Origin: Candidatus Micrarchaeota archaeon | Lineage (GTDB): Archaea > Micrarchaeota > Micrarchaeia > Anstonellales > Bilamarchaeaceae | DNA: 64,000 bases | Direction of reading: 5' to 3' | NCBI GenBank assembly: GCA_016212525.1 | Contig: JACRGD010000007.1 | Location: forward strand, 284,778-348,777 | Shown here: piece after piece, positions 1-10,025 of the stretch | Layout of the letters: every line of letters starts with the position of its first letter | Position numbering within the stretch: position 1 is the first letter of the stretch | Notes under the pieces: generated by a model | What the model was told of the DNA's origin: nothing | Databases searched by the model: none | The model's input: the letters and a program-made list of their open reading frames with translations, nothing else | Position numbers and translations under genes: made by a program

Positions 1-732
1 AAACAGTTAAGAGAAATCGCAGACTCAAAAGACATATATCTTATCGAAGATGCAGCTCATGCCCTAGGAGCAGAATATAATAGAAAAAGAACCGGGACTT
101 TTGCCGACATAACCGAGTTCTCGTTTCATCCGGTAAAACACATAACAACAGGTGAAGGAGGGGCACTGACAACCGAAAATGAAGAGATCGCACAGAAACT
201 ACGACTCCTAAGAACACACGGCATAGATCGATCGGCAAGAGAAAGATTCGGGCCGGATGCGGGTTATGCATATGATATGAAAATGCTAGGGCGAAACTAC
301 CGAATAACGGACATTCAGTGCGCACTTGGAATTTCACAAATGAAAAAAATAGATAGGTTCCTCCAAAGAAGAAAGGAGATTGCCCGCAAATACACAAAAC
401 TCCTGCGTGAGTTTCTTCCACAAGTTCGAATTCAACACATACCCGATGATCGCGAGAGCGCATGGCATCTTTTTGTAGTTCTGGTTCCAAATCGAGACAA
501 AGTATTCAATTTGATGAGAAAGAAAGGAATTCTGGTAAATGTACACTACATACCCACATACAAATTTAGCTACTATCGGACAAATTTCAAAATAGAGGAT
601 AAGGATTATCCAAATACTGAAAGAGTATACGCCGGACTGTTATCTCTTCCGATATATTATGATTTAAACGACGAAGACATAGAGTTCGTAGTTCGTAGCT
701 TGGGAGAATGTATCAAAGAGGCCAAATCATGA
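1..732 (+). CDS. DegT/DnrJ/EryC1-family PLP sugar aminotransferase, 5'-truncated by the window edge (PseC-like)
   Basis: Frame 1 is open from nt 1. The translation contains DAAHALGA, FSFHPVKHITTGEGGALTT (the PLP-lysine motif of sugar aminotransferases) and AWHLFVV...VHYIP. An ATGA overlap couples it to the downstream NeuB-family gene. Confidence 0.8.
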   Translation, partial: KQLREIADSKDIYLIEDAAHALGAEYNRKRTGTFADITEFSFHPVKHITTGEGGALTTENEEIAQKLRLLRTHGIDRSARERFGPDAGYAYDMKMLGRNYRITDIQCALGISQMKKIDRFLQRRKEIARKYTKLLREFLPQVRIQHIPDDRESAWHLFVVLVPNRDKVFNLMRKKGILVNVHYIPTYKFSYYRTNFKIEDKDYPNTERVYAGLLSLPIYYDLNDEDIEFVVRSLGECIKEAKS

Positions 733-1775
733 AAGAATTCAAAATAGGCAAAAGAAAGGTCGGACTAGGACACCCTTGTTTTATTATAGCCGAGATTTCC
801 TGCAATCATCTGCAAAAGAAAGAATATGCACTAAAACTCATAGCAGAGGCAAAGGCAGCGGGAGCAGATGCAGTCAAATTTCAGACATACACACCAGACA
901 CAATGACAATAGACTCCAAAGGAGAGCCCTTTTTGATAAAGGGGACTATTTGGGAGGGAAAAACTCTCTACGACCTATATAAAGAAGCATACACTCCGTG
1001 GAATTGGTTTGAGGAGTTAAGAGATTGTGCAAGAGAAGAAGGGATAGAATTTTTTTCAACTCCATTTGATGAAACAGCAGCAGATCTTCTGGAAAAATTA
1101 GGTGCGCAGATATACAAAATCGCATCTTTTGAGATAAATCACCTTCCATTATTAGCACATGTTGCAAAAAAAGGCAAACCGATAATTTTCTCAACTGGAG
1201 TTGCAACATTGTCGGACATAGAACTCGCAGTAGACACAATACGAGAAAACAAAAACGACCAGATAATGATAATGAAGTGTACGAGTTCATACCCTGCACC
1301 AGTATCAAGTGCAAATCTCAATACGATTCCAAATCTCGCAGAAACATTTGGAGTTTTGGTAGGCCTCTCAGACCACACAATGAGCAACAATGTGGCAATA
1401 GCCGCAGTTGCAAAAGGAGCAGTTGCAATAGAGAAGCACTTCATACTAAAGCGAAGTATGGGCGGACCTGACGCGAAGTTTTCCATTGAGCCAAATGAAC
1501 TAAAACAACTTGTGAATTCAGTACACGAATCCCAGGAAGCACTTGGAAAGGTAACATATTCATCATCAAAAGAGGTTGAGGAACACAAATTCTTCATGAG
1601 ATCGCTTTTTGTAGTAAAGGACATGAAAAAAGGCGAAAAATTCAGCTTAGAAAATGTTAGAGTCATTAGACCAGGTTCTGGAATGCACCCCCGACATCTA
1701 CCAAAAATCTTAGGATCAAAGGCCAGATCTGAAATAAAGAGAGGGACCCCGTTAGACTGGAATTTGGTGGAATAA
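729..1775 (+). CDS. NeuB-family nonulosonic acid synthase (pseudaminic/legionaminic/sialic acid synthase) with C-terminal SAF domain
   Basis: The protein starts MKEFKIGKRKVGLGHPCFIIAEISCNH and has a C-terminal VRVIRPG...GTPL SAF-like end. I prefer ATG 729 (ATGA overlap with the upstream stop, GAGG 8 nt upstream) over ATG 708. The PseB/PseC-like context suggests PseI. Confidence 0.85.
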   Translation: MKEFKIGKRKVGLGHPCFIIAEISCNHLQKKEYALKLIAEAKAAGADAVKFQTYTPDTMTIDSKGEPFLIKGTIWEGKTLYDLYKEAYTPWNWFEELRDCAREEGIEFFSTPFDETAADLLEKLGAQIYKIASFEINHLPLLAHVAKKGKPIIFSTGVATLSDIELAVDTIRENKNDQIMIMKCTSSYPAPVSSANLNTIPNLAETFGVLVGLSDHTMSNNVAIAAVAKGAVAIEKHFILKRSMGGPDAKFSIEPNELKQLVNSVHESQEALGKVTYSSSKEVEEHKFFMRSLFVVKDMKKGEKFSLENVRVIRPGSGMHPRHLPKILGSKARSEIKRGTPLDWNLVE

Positions 1776-1777
1776 AA

Positions 1778-2437
1778 ATGAATTTGAGAAACACTAAAAT
1801 CACAATAGTTGTTGATACTCCCTCCAGCTGGATGATCAGATATGCTAAGGAGTATGTGGCAAACCAATCTGCCAAGGGCCTAGATATCAAATTTACCCAT
1901 GATTATTCGGACATAAGCGAGGGTTGCGAAATAACGGTATTCCTAAGCTGTCAGAAAATAGTAGGCAATGAGATTCTTAAAAAAAGTAAACACAACCTAG
2001 TAGTACATGAAAGCGACCTTCCTTTGGGAAAGGGTTGGTCTCCACTGACCTGGCAGATTCTTGAGGGAAAAAACGAAATACCGATAACTCTTTTTGAGGC
2101 AGCTTCCCAGGTAGATTCGGGCAACATCTACCTAAAAGACAGCATAAAATTAGATGGAACAGAACTCATAGATGAAATGAGAGAAAAACAAGCTAAAAAG
2201 ACATTTGAATTGATAGATCGATTCCTCCAGGAGTATCCAAAAATTGAAGGTAAGAAGCAGGAGGGTAAGTCCACGTTCTACAATAAGAGAGGCCCCAAGG
2301 ATAGCGAACTCGATATAGACAAAACGATTAGAGAACAAATTAACCTACTTAGAACAGTCGATAATGAACGATACCCTGCCTATTTTGTAATTAAAGGTAA
2401 AAAATACGTATTAAAAATATTCAAAGAGACGATATAA
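1778..2437 (+). CDS. Formyltransferase-domain protein (Fmt N-terminal-like), paralogue 1
   Basis: The motif HESDLPLGKGWSPLTWQILEG...DSGNIY resembles the HxSLLPxxRG...DxG core of formyltransferases. It is tightly packed behind the NeuB-like gene. Confidence 0.55.
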   Translation: MNLRNTKITIVVDTPSSWMIRYAKEYVANQSAKGLDIKFTHDYSDISEGCEITVFLSCQKIVGNEILKKSKHNLVVHESDLPLGKGWSPLTWQILEGKNEIPITLFEAASQVDSGNIYLKDSIKLDGTELIDEMREKQAKKTFELIDRFLQEYPKIEGKKQEGKSTFYNKRGPKDSELDIDKTIREQINLLRTVDNERYPAYFVIKGKKYVLKIFKETI

Positions 2438-2438
2438 T

Positions 2439-3125
2439 ATGAAAAAAATATTGGTTGTAGCTGCGCACCCGGATGACGAAACCCTCGGAGCTGGAGCGAC
2501 AATGGCACGTCATATAAAAGAAGGGGACAGCGTTTCAGTAATAATACTTGGCACGGGACTAGCCTCAAGAAACGAAGATAAGAACTCAGATATCTCCAGA
2601 GAGATGTTAAAACTCCGAGAAGACTCGAAAAAAGCGCTTGGAGAATTAGGAGTAAAGGAGGTTGAATTTTTCGATTTTCCAGATAATAGATTTGATTCAG
2701 TGGATCTGCTGGAGATTGTAAAGACAATCGAAAAAGTAATTGATAGGAAAAAACCAGAGATCATATACACTCACCATTGGGGAGACATGAATATCGATCA
2801 TCGCATGACATTCAGTGCAGTCATGACTGCGACCAGGCCCATGCTTTCATGTTCAGTCAAAAAAATACTCTGTTTTGAAGTTACATCTTCAAGCGAATGG
2901 AATGCTCAGAATCCAAACAATGCATTTATGCCAAATTACTTTGTTGACGTTAGTCAAACATTAAAGAAAAAATTAGATGCACTTGCACACTACAAAGGAG
3001 AAATGAGGGAATATCCACACCCCCGATCAACAGAGGGCAATGAATATCTTGCCAGAATGAGGGGACTGACAATAAGTACCAAAGCAGCAGAAGCATTTGT
3101 ATTAGTGAGGGAACTAGTCAGATGA
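2439..3125 (+). CDS. PIG-L/LmbE-family N-acetyl-sugar deacetylase
   Basis: The N-terminal VVAAHPDDETLGAG and the later HHWGDMNIDH are the two signature motifs of the family. Confidence 0.8.
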   Translation: MKKILVVAAHPDDETLGAGATMARHIKEGDSVSVIILGTGLASRNEDKNSDISREMLKLREDSKKALGELGVKEVEFFDFPDNRFDSVDLLEIVKTIEKVIDRKKPEIIYTHHWGDMNIDHRMTFSAVMTATRPMLSCSVKKILCFEVTSSSEWNAQNPNNAFMPNYFVDVSQTLKKKLDALAHYKGEMREYPHPRSTEGNEYLARMRGLTISTKAAEAFVLVRELVR

Positions 3126-4048
3126 AAATTTTGTTTGTTAGCGGAGTAAAACTTGGATACGATTGCGTAACTTCATTAATAGATCAAGGGCAAGAAATTT
3201 GTGGGATAGTTACTTATCCAGAGATTCATGCCAAGAGATCAGGATATGTTGATTTTGGTTTGCTCCAGAAGAAAAATCCGAAAATGCCCATAATAAAAGG
3301 AGACATAAAAGATCCGATAGTAATCAAACAGATAGAAAGTCTAAAACCAGACCTAATATTGGTGATTGGATATTCGTTCTTAATTCCCAATGAACTACTA
3401 AAATTACCCAAATATGGCACGGTAGGGCATCACCCAACACTACTACCAAAGCACAGAGGAAATGCACCAATTCCATGGACTCTAATAAACGGACTCAAAA
3501 GAAGTGGAATAACATTTTTTTATCTAAAAGAAGAAATAGACTCGGGCGACATAGTAGCTTCAGGAGAATTCGAAGTTGAATTTGAAGATGATGCATCAAC
3601 ACTCTACGAAAAAATCACAAAAAAGACAGTAGAGATAATGCACAAAATGATAGAACAAATGAACAGAAATACGCTCAAAACCAGTCCTCAGAATCCAGAG
3701 AGATCATCAAAATGGCCAAAAAGAAGACCCGAAGACGGCATAATAGATTGGAATGTCATGTCGATTTATCTGTACAACTGGATACGAGGCTTAACACACC
3801 CATATCCAGGAGCATTTACGTTTTATCAAAACAAAAAACTCCTTATATGGAAAGCCAAAATAGCCAATAGAAATTCGGACCAAAAGATAATGCCTGGAAC
3901 AATTACTCAGTCAGATGAGAAGGTATTTGTGAAAACAGGCGATGGAGAACTTGAGTTAATCAAAGTTAGCTTTGAAAACGAAGAAGACGTAGAGGCAGCT
4001 GAATTCATAAAAAAGAACAACATAAAAAAAGACGAACACCTAGGTTAA
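3122..4048 (+). CDS. Methionyl-tRNA-formyltransferase-like sugar formyltransferase (N- and C-terminal domains), paralogue 2
   Basis: Contains HHPTLLPKHRGNAPIPWTLING and IDSGDIV, and its length fits Fmt/ArnA-like enzymes. An ATGA overlap couples it to the upstream gene. Confidence 0.75.
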   Translation: MKILFVSGVKLGYDCVTSLIDQGQEICGIVTYPEIHAKRSGYVDFGLLQKKNPKMPIIKGDIKDPIVIKQIESLKPDLILVIGYSFLIPNELLKLPKYGTVGHHPTLLPKHRGNAPIPWTLINGLKRSGITFFYLKEEIDSGDIVASGEFEVEFEDDASTLYEKITKKTVEIMHKMIEQMNRNTLKTSPQNPERSSKWPKRRPEDGIIDWNVMSIYLYNWIRGLTHPYPGAFTFYQNKKLLIWKAKIANRNSDQKIMPGTITQSDEKVFVKTGDGELELIKVSFENEEDVEAAEFIKKNNIKKDEHLG

Positions 4049-4839
4049 GAGAGTAGCTCTTTATCTAGAAATTCGCAAGTCAGTTTATGATAAGAATAGT
4101 AATTTAGGATCTTGTCCCAACGTTGTTTTTTTATAAATTGAGATTCGATAGGTAGCAATCGAAAAAGAGTAAGACGTCTCCTGGAATTACGTAAAAGACA
4201 GAGAATAATAAAGTCCCAGCCAAGCATATCTTTTTGATAAATCGAATAAAATTTATCTGCCCTGGAACTCAGACGAGGTACTATTTCAGAGAGAACATCA
4301 AATCTCAGAGCCAAAAAACCAGGGCAGAACTGAGGTATTTCCAGACCCAGGTATTTATGACTCTCGATTCGGCCAATGATCTGGTTAAATAAATAGAAAC
4401 CAATGCCATTTCTCAGATCGATCGGCATAATCCCAACAACTGCATCGGATTTATTCTGAATCAGAGGTTTAATGGCAGTAGGAATATCTTCGGGTTGGTG
4501 CTCAAGATCACTATCCATACGAAGAATGATGGTCTTTAGGGGATCAAGCCGCTTTGAAGATGTGATTTCAACGGATCGCCCAAGGCCATCTCGAATGGCA
4601 CGAATAGGACCTTCATTTTTAGTTTTTCTCACATACACAAGATCGAAATTCAGGGAGGCCTTGGTTGAAGAGACTAGAGAGACAGTTTTATCAGTGCTTC
4701 CGTCATCAACAACTATCAAAGAAACCATCGAAACATTTTGTTTTTTGAGCTCAATAACAACAGCATTAAGACGTAGGAGTAATGTAACTATCGTAGATTC
4801 GACATTGTATGCCGGCATGTAAATTATAAGATTCCACAT
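4045..4839 (-). CDS. GT2-family glycosyltransferase (dolichyl-phosphate sugar synthase-like)
   Basis: Contains IIYMPAYNVES...VVDDGSTDKT...RMDSDLEH (GT-A fold, DxD-type motifs). It is convergent with the upstream gene and overlaps it by 4 nt. Confidence 0.75.
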   Translation of the reverse strand: MWNLIIYMPAYNVESTIVTLLLRLNAVVIELKKQNVSMVSLIVVDDGSTDKTVSLVSSTKASLNFDLVYVRKTKNEGPIRAIRDGLGRSVEITSSKRLDPLKTIILRMDSDLEHQPEDIPTAIKPLIQNKSDAVVGIMPIDLRNGIGFYLFNQIIGRIESHKYLGLEIPQFCPGFLALRFDVLSEIVPRLSSRADKFYSIYQKDMLGWDFIILCLLRNSRRRLTLFRLLPIESQFIKKQRWDKILNYYSYHKLTCEFLDKELLS

Positions 4840-4895
4840 TTAATCTATAGAAGATAGATAAAAAAATTAAAGAATCGAATTGATTGTTAGTCGAA

Positions 4896-6104
4896 TTAAA
4901 TCAAATCTAAAAGACCAAGAATTCGATCTGTTGCTCCAGCTGACATATCTCCTAATTGAGATTGTTTCAACTTACCAGAAAGAGCATCTTCCAAAACAGT
5001 CATAAGTGAATCGACCGATCGGACTTCTGCTAAGACCCCAGACTCGACCAAGTGCGCATAACAATTCCCAGGTTCACCCAAATTCGGAAGCACCTGTACT
5101 CGAGGACCCGATCCGACAACTGCAGCAGTAAGAAGGGGATTGTTTAGGGTACCTGCAACCAGATCGAGAGCAAGAAGGTCAGTAAGTGAATAGCTGTTTG
5201 TCGGATCAGTGTTTCGAGGATCTTGACCTACTGGAGTAGATGGATGATGAAGAACCTTTCGAAGATTTCTGGTTTCAACTGCATCAAATGCCGCTTTGGC
5301 ATCATCCCCGCGCTTTGGGTGAGGTCGAACAATGACTTGTATAGCCATACCAGTTTGGGCAGCCAAAGCATCAAGAGTAGTGAGGAAATCTGAAAGTACG
5401 GACGCTTCCGTAAATCCGATCTTTGGTAAAGTTTTGAAAGAATCGCTAAAGAACACAACCGTCTTCGCATTAGGAGTAAAACCAGCATCGATAAAAACAG
5501 GTCTGCTCAGGAGATTTTCGCGTGCGGTTGGACTTTGTCTTGCGAACTCGGCAGCTGCAAATTCAAAATAAGGATTCCCAGTTACCTGAAGCATACCTGG
5601 ATCAAAACCCAGTGCAGACATATCAGCCTTCATACGATCATCGATAACGGCAATCATTTGAGGCAAAAGGGTTAGCGGAAATTCTACAGAAGGAGGAATA
5701 GTGGCTAAATTAAGGTCGCTAAATCGCTCTACATAATTAGCCCAAGTATCTACAACAGCCAATGTGCAGGCTCGGGTTAACTTTCCAAGAATCCAGGAAG
5801 CCTGCTCAGGAGTAAGACCCAGGTCAGGAGATTGTAGCTGGGTTCCGGTAATTATATGGGTATACGGACGATCAGAAAAATCGGCCATCAGACCAGTCAA
5901 ATCTTTCATCGAACCAAAAGACCTGCTCGAAACCCGAGTAACGCCCATACCACGAAATGTTTGTACTATGGATTCGCCATATGCATAAACGGAAACAGCA
6001 GCTGGACCCCATTTAGCAATAGCCCGTCTTGCCAAAGGAGCAATTGCTTCAGCACCACCATTCATAGAGGCAACAAAAAGAACCTTGGGGTTAGAAATAG
6101 CCAT
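4896..6104 (-). CDS. Hypothetical protein, possibly a GT-B-fold sugar transferase or hydrolase; Ala/Arg-rich compositional outlier
   Basis: A 402-aa ORF with a Rossmann-like N-terminus (KVLFVASMNGGAEAIAPL) and a later VIVRPHPKRG...GNPYFE-type pattern that recalls GT-B enzymes. I cannot assign a family. Confidence 0.35.
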   Translation of the reverse strand: MAISNPKVLFVASMNGGAEAIAPLARRAIAKWGPAAVSVYAYGESIVQTFRGMGVTRVSSRSFGSMKDLTGLMADFSDRPYTHIITGTQLQSPDLGLTPEQASWILGKLTRACTLAVVDTWANYVERFSDLNLATIPPSVEFPLTLLPQMIAVIDDRMKADMSALGFDPGMLQVTGNPYFEFAAAEFARQSPTARENLLSRPVFIDAGFTPNAKTVVFFSDSFKTLPKIGFTEASVLSDFLTTLDALAAQTGMAIQVIVRPHPKRGDDAKAAFDAVETRNLRKVLHHPSTPVGQDPRNTDPTNSYSLTDLLALDLVAGTLNNPLLTAAVVGSGPRVQVLPNLGEPGNCYAHLVESGVLAEVRSVDSLMTVLEDALSGKLKQSQLGDMSAGATDRILGLLDLI

Positions 6105-6259
6105 GAATAATATACAAAGGAAAACCTATTTAATTGTTTTTATTAGTTAAATTTTGTGTATAATACTAAGAGGAGCTAAAAATACGAAAAATAGAGAAGG
6201 TTTTTATGCAGAATTCACAATAGATCAATAGTCGTGAAATTAGTTCTAAAGGTGTTTTT

Positions 6260-7261
6260 ATGTCAGACATTTTTGAAGATAAAACAATACTACTCACAGG
6301 TGGAACTGGGTCTTTTGGTTCAAAATTCATAGAAGTCATGTTAAGGGAACATAATCCAAAAGCAATACGAGTTTATTCAAGAAACGAACTCAAACAACTT
6401 GAACTAGAAAGAAGATTTGCGGGGAACGAAAAAGCTCAGAGAGCACTAAGATTCTTCATAGGAGATGTAAGAGATAAACAACGAGTTTCGCGTGCTATGA
6501 ATGGAGTGGATTTTGTTGTCCATGCAGCTGCAATGAAACATGTACCAATTTGCGAATATAATCCCATCGAAGCCATGAAAACGAACATAATGGGAGCCGA
6601 GAGCATAATAGACGCTGCAATAGATAATGGAGTCTCAAAGGTAGTTGCAATAAGTACAGATAAGGCTGTCGAGCCGGCAAATTTGTATGGCGCCACAAAA
6701 ATGGTTTCGGAAAAACTATTCGTTCAGGCAAACTCGTACGTAGGAACGCGAAAAACCAGATTCTCCTGTGTTCGGTATGGAAATGTAATAGGAAGCAGCG
6801 GCAGTGTGATTCCGCTATTTAAGAGACAGGCCGAAAAGGGAGAAGTTACAATAACGGATGAAAGAATGACGCGATTTTGGATCACCTTGGAGGGGGGAGT
6901 GAAACTCGTAACAAAAGCATTCGAAATCATGCATGGAGGCGAAATACTTGTACCTCGAATCCCAAGTACCAAAATAACAGATCTGGTTGATGCGATAGCA
7001 CCAAATGCAAAAAGAAAGACCATAGGAATAAGACCGGGAGAAAAACTTCATGAAATATTACTTACTGAAGAAGAAGCCAGACACACAAGAAGACTCGATG
7101 ACACATACGTAATAGAGCCGGAGCAGCCGTTCTGGGAAACAAAAAATCACTCACAGGCAAAACCACTAACCGAAGGATTCTCATATTCTAGCGATAATAA
7201 TGATTGGTGGCTCAACAAAGAAGAAATAATAAAACTTTTGAAAAAAGAAGGGTGGCTCTAA
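6260..7261 (+). CDS. pseB: UDP-N-acetylglucosamine 4,6-dehydratase (inverting), PseB/FlaA1-type
   Basis: Near full-length motif agreement with PseB/FlaA1: ILLTGGTGSFGS, RFFIGDVRD, HAAAMKHVPICEYNP, LYGATK, VRYGNVIGSSGSVIP, MTRFWIT, IGIRPGEKLHE. An AAGGTG Shine-Dalgarno motif lies upstream. Confidence 0.88.
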   Translation: MSDIFEDKTILLTGGTGSFGSKFIEVMLREHNPKAIRVYSRNELKQLELERRFAGNEKAQRALRFFIGDVRDKQRVSRAMNGVDFVVHAAAMKHVPICEYNPIEAMKTNIMGAESIIDAAIDNGVSKVVAISTDKAVEPANLYGATKMVSEKLFVQANSYVGTRKTRFSCVRYGNVIGSSGSVIPLFKRQAEKGEVTITDERMTRFWITLEGGVKLVTKAFEIMHGGEILVPRIPSTKITDLVDAIAPNAKRKTIGIRPGEKLHEILLTEEEARHTRRLDDTYVIEPEQPFWETKNHSQAKPLTEGFSYSSDNNDWWLNKEEIIKLLKKEGWL

Positions 7262-7276
7262 AGATCAGGTGCATAC

Positions 7277-8944
7277 ATGAATATCCTGGTCATTGGATGT
7301 GGATCAATTGGTAGGCGACACATAAAAAATCTCGTTTCACTAGGTCATCAGGTATTTGCAGCAGACCTGAGTGAGGAAAATCGAAAATGGGTCGAGGAAA
7401 ACCTTAAGATCAAAACATATTCAGATATGCAGGAAGCGATATTACTTGAATCAATAGAAGTTGGCTGGATCTGCACACCGCCAAGCTCCCACATAATAAT
7501 AGCGAAAAAATTACTGGAAAAAAAGATCCATGTATTTATAGAAAAACCAATTTCAGACAGAACAGAAGGTATTAGAGAACTAGTACAATATGCAGACGAA
7601 CAAAAGCTCAAAATGGCAGTGGGGTATAACCTTCGATTTAATAAGGGAATCTTAAAAGTAAAGGAACTCCTAGACTCGGGAACAATAGGAAAGATTATAT
7701 CAGCACGAGCAGTTTTTGGACAGTATCTTCCGGATTGGAGACCCTGGCAGAATTATAAAGAAAGTTATACTGCCAAGAAAAGCATGGGCGGTGGGATAAT
7801 CCTAGATGGATCTCACGAAATAGATTACATAAGATGGCTACTTGGAGAGGTACAAAACATAAGTTGTGTAGCAAGAAAAATAAGCAGCCTGGAAGTAGAA
7901 ACAGAGGATAACGCTGACATAATTTACGAATTCAAAGGAGGAGCAGTTGCAAACATTCATTTGGATTTTGTAAGACGAAACTACAAAAGAGAATGTGAGA
8001 TAGTAGGAGAAAAAGGTACAATTGAATTCGTATTCGGAGAACGAGTGACTCTAATAAAAGCAGAAACACCTGAGAAAGAAAGCTGGGACATCAAAGAAGA
8101 CCATAACGAAACATATTTGAGAGAAACCAGAAACTTCCTAGAGAGCATCAAAACGAATCGGAGTCCGCTAGTAAATGCAGAAGAAGGACTCAAAAGCCTC
8201 AGATTGGCGTTAGATGCACAGCGATCTGCAGCATCGGGCAGAACAGTAAGATCAAAAAACTTAAAAACAGTCATAATAGTTCAGGCAAGAATGAGCTCAA
8301 AACGACTCGCTGGAAAATCGCTCATGGACATATGTGGAAAACCCGTTATTTGGCACGTAATAAATCGAGCAAAGATGGCCAAGGAGGCAAACGAAATAGT
8401 ACTCGCAATTAGCACAGATAAGACAGATGACCCTCTAGAAAAATTTGCAAAGGAAAACGGATTGAATGTATTTAGAGGGAGCCTTGAAAATGTTCTCCAG
8501 AGATACCAAAAGGCTGCCCAGGCACATAATGCAGATATAATAGTTAGAATCACTGGAGATTGTCCATTGATCGACCCGGAAATAATAGATCAAACGATCG
8601 ATAAGTTCGTAAACGGGACATATAACTACGTTAGTAATGGTGAAATACCCCTTGCAGATGGATTTGATGTTGAAGTGTTTAGCAAAGAAGCACTTGAGAT
8701 GGCCAATGAAAACGCCCAGGCACCAGAGGACAGAGAACACGTAACTCCACACATAATCAGAACGCAAAGGACAACACACATAGCAAACGATCCGTTTTTT
8801 GCAGAGATCCATGGAAGCATAGATGAAGAGAAAGATCTGCTATTTGTCAGAAAAGTATACGAACATTTTAACAACGAGTCAACGGGATATAGATTTACTC
8901 AAAAACAAATAAGGGAATTTTTAGAGCACGAAAAGAGAGGATAG
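7277..8944 (+). CDS. Fusion protein: N-terminal Gfo/Idh/MocA NAD(P) oxidoreductase plus C-terminal SpsF/NeuA-type cytidylyltransferase
   Basis: The N-terminus is MNILVIGCGSIGRRH...FIEKP (Gfo/Idh/MocA). From about nt 8260 the sequence VIIVQARMSSKRLAGKSL...GDCPLIDP is SpsF-like acylneuraminate cytidylyltransferase. An AGGTG Shine-Dalgarno motif lies upstream. Confidence 0.75.
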   Translation: MNILVIGCGSIGRRHIKNLVSLGHQVFAADLSEENRKWVEENLKIKTYSDMQEAILLESIEVGWICTPPSSHIIIAKKLLEKKIHVFIEKPISDRTEGIRELVQYADEQKLKMAVGYNLRFNKGILKVKELLDSGTIGKIISARAVFGQYLPDWRPWQNYKESYTAKKSMGGGIILDGSHEIDYIRWLLGEVQNISCVARKISSLEVETEDNADIIYEFKGGAVANIHLDFVRRNYKRECEIVGEKGTIEFVFGERVTLIKAETPEKESWDIKEDHNETYLRETRNFLESIKTNRSPLVNAEEGLKSLRLALDAQRSAASGRTVRSKNLKTVIIVQARMSSKRLAGKSLMDICGKPVIWHVINRAKMAKEANEIVLAISTDKTDDPLEKFAKENGLNVFRGSLENVLQRYQKAAQAHNADIIVRITGDCPLIDPEIIDQTIDKFVNGTYNYVSNGEIPLADGFDVEVFSKEALEMANENAQAPEDREHVTPHIIRTQRTTHIANDPFFAEIHGSIDEEKDLLFVRKVYEHFNNESTGYRFTQKQIREFLEHEKRG

Positions 8945-8951
8945 ACAGCAC

Positions 8952-10025
8952 ATGAAAATAGCCATTTGTTACGAATACCTTACAACCAAAGGAGGGGCAG
9001 AAAAAGTAGTGCTTGAGCTTGCAAAATCACTAGGTGCAGACATATACACATTAATCTACGATGAAAAAACGAGTTATGCTGAATTTAAACAACTTAGGGT
9101 AATGCAACTAGGATGCCTGATAAAGAAAAGTCCATTTATACAAAGCGAAGCGATCATAAAATTTAGAAGACTAAATCTCGAAAAATATGATGCGATTATA
9201 AGCATTGGAAACTGGGCAAAGCAGATAGTAATGAATCCGCGCAATAGAAAAGTTATACACTACGAGTGTACGCCTCCTCGATTTCTTTTTGACCTAAAAG
9301 ACACCGTAGAAAAGAGACTCAACCCAGTAAGCAAAGGGTTTTTTGTAGCGTGGGCAAATGAGGTAAGAAAAAGAGACATAGAGGCATCAACTAAGATAAA
9401 AAATTATATTTGCATTTCGAAAAACGTACAAAATAGGATAAAAAAATATTATGGAATCGATGCAGAGGTCATATATCCCCCCGCAGAACTCGAAAGATAT
9501 AAAATAGGAAAAACAGGAGATTATTTTTTATCAATTCAACGGCTTGCCCCTGAGAAGAGGGTGGAAATTCAAATTGAGGCATTTAGAAATCTACCTAAAG
9601 AAAGACTATTGATCATTGGTCCTCCGGACAATACGCAGTATTTTAGAAAATTAAAAGAAAACGCACCCAAAAACGTAGAATTTTTAGGGGCAGTATCTCA
9701 AGAGGAGAAGATAAATTTGCTTGCTAATTGTAAGGCAGTAATTCAAACCGCATTTGATGAGGATTTGGGACTTATACCACTTGAAGCAATGGCTTGCGGT
9801 AAAATATGCATAGCAGTTAACGAAGGTGGATTTAAGGAGACGATAATAAATGGGAAAAGCGGAATTTTGATTAACGAACCCTATGTAGAAAATTTAGAGA
9901 AGGCGATCAAGGAGTTGAAAATAGATAGCGAAACAGCAGGCGTGTGTCAAAAGAGAGCCGCGGAGTTTTCCACATCAAAATTTGTCAGTAAGATAAAAGA
10001 AAGGATAAATAAAGTGATCAAATGA
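8952..10025 (+). CDS. GT4-family (GT-B) glycosyltransferase
   Basis: The C-terminal half shows EKR...FLG...EDLGLIPLEAMACGK, the typical GT4 E-x7-E region. Confidence 0.75.
   Translation: MKIAICYEYLTTKGGAEKVVLELAKSLGADIYTLIYDEKTSYAEFKQLRVMQLGCLIKKSPFIQSEAIIKFRRLNLEKYDAIISIGNWAKQIVMNPRNRKVIHYECTPPRFLFDLKDTVEKRLNPVSKGFFVAWANEVRKRDIEASTKIKNYICISKNVQNRIKKYYGIDAEVIYPPAELERYKIGKTGDYFLSIQRLAPEKRVEIQIEAFRNLPKERLLIIGPPDNTQYFRKLKENAPKNVEFLGAVSQEEKINLLANCKAVIQTAFDEDLGLIPLEAMACGKICIAVNEGGFKETIINGKSGILINEPYVENLEKAIKELKIDSETAGVCQKRAAEFSTSKFVSKIKERINKVIK

Noticed and set aside
41-1867. Antisense ORFs 41-490 (-), 946-1314 (-) and 1139-1867 (-, 242 aa) lie opposite the aminotransferase and NeuB-like genes.
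   Set aside because: The plus-strand genes have strong family motifs. The antisense translations are Ser/Phe/Cys-rich with no recognisable motif and overlap the real genes completely.
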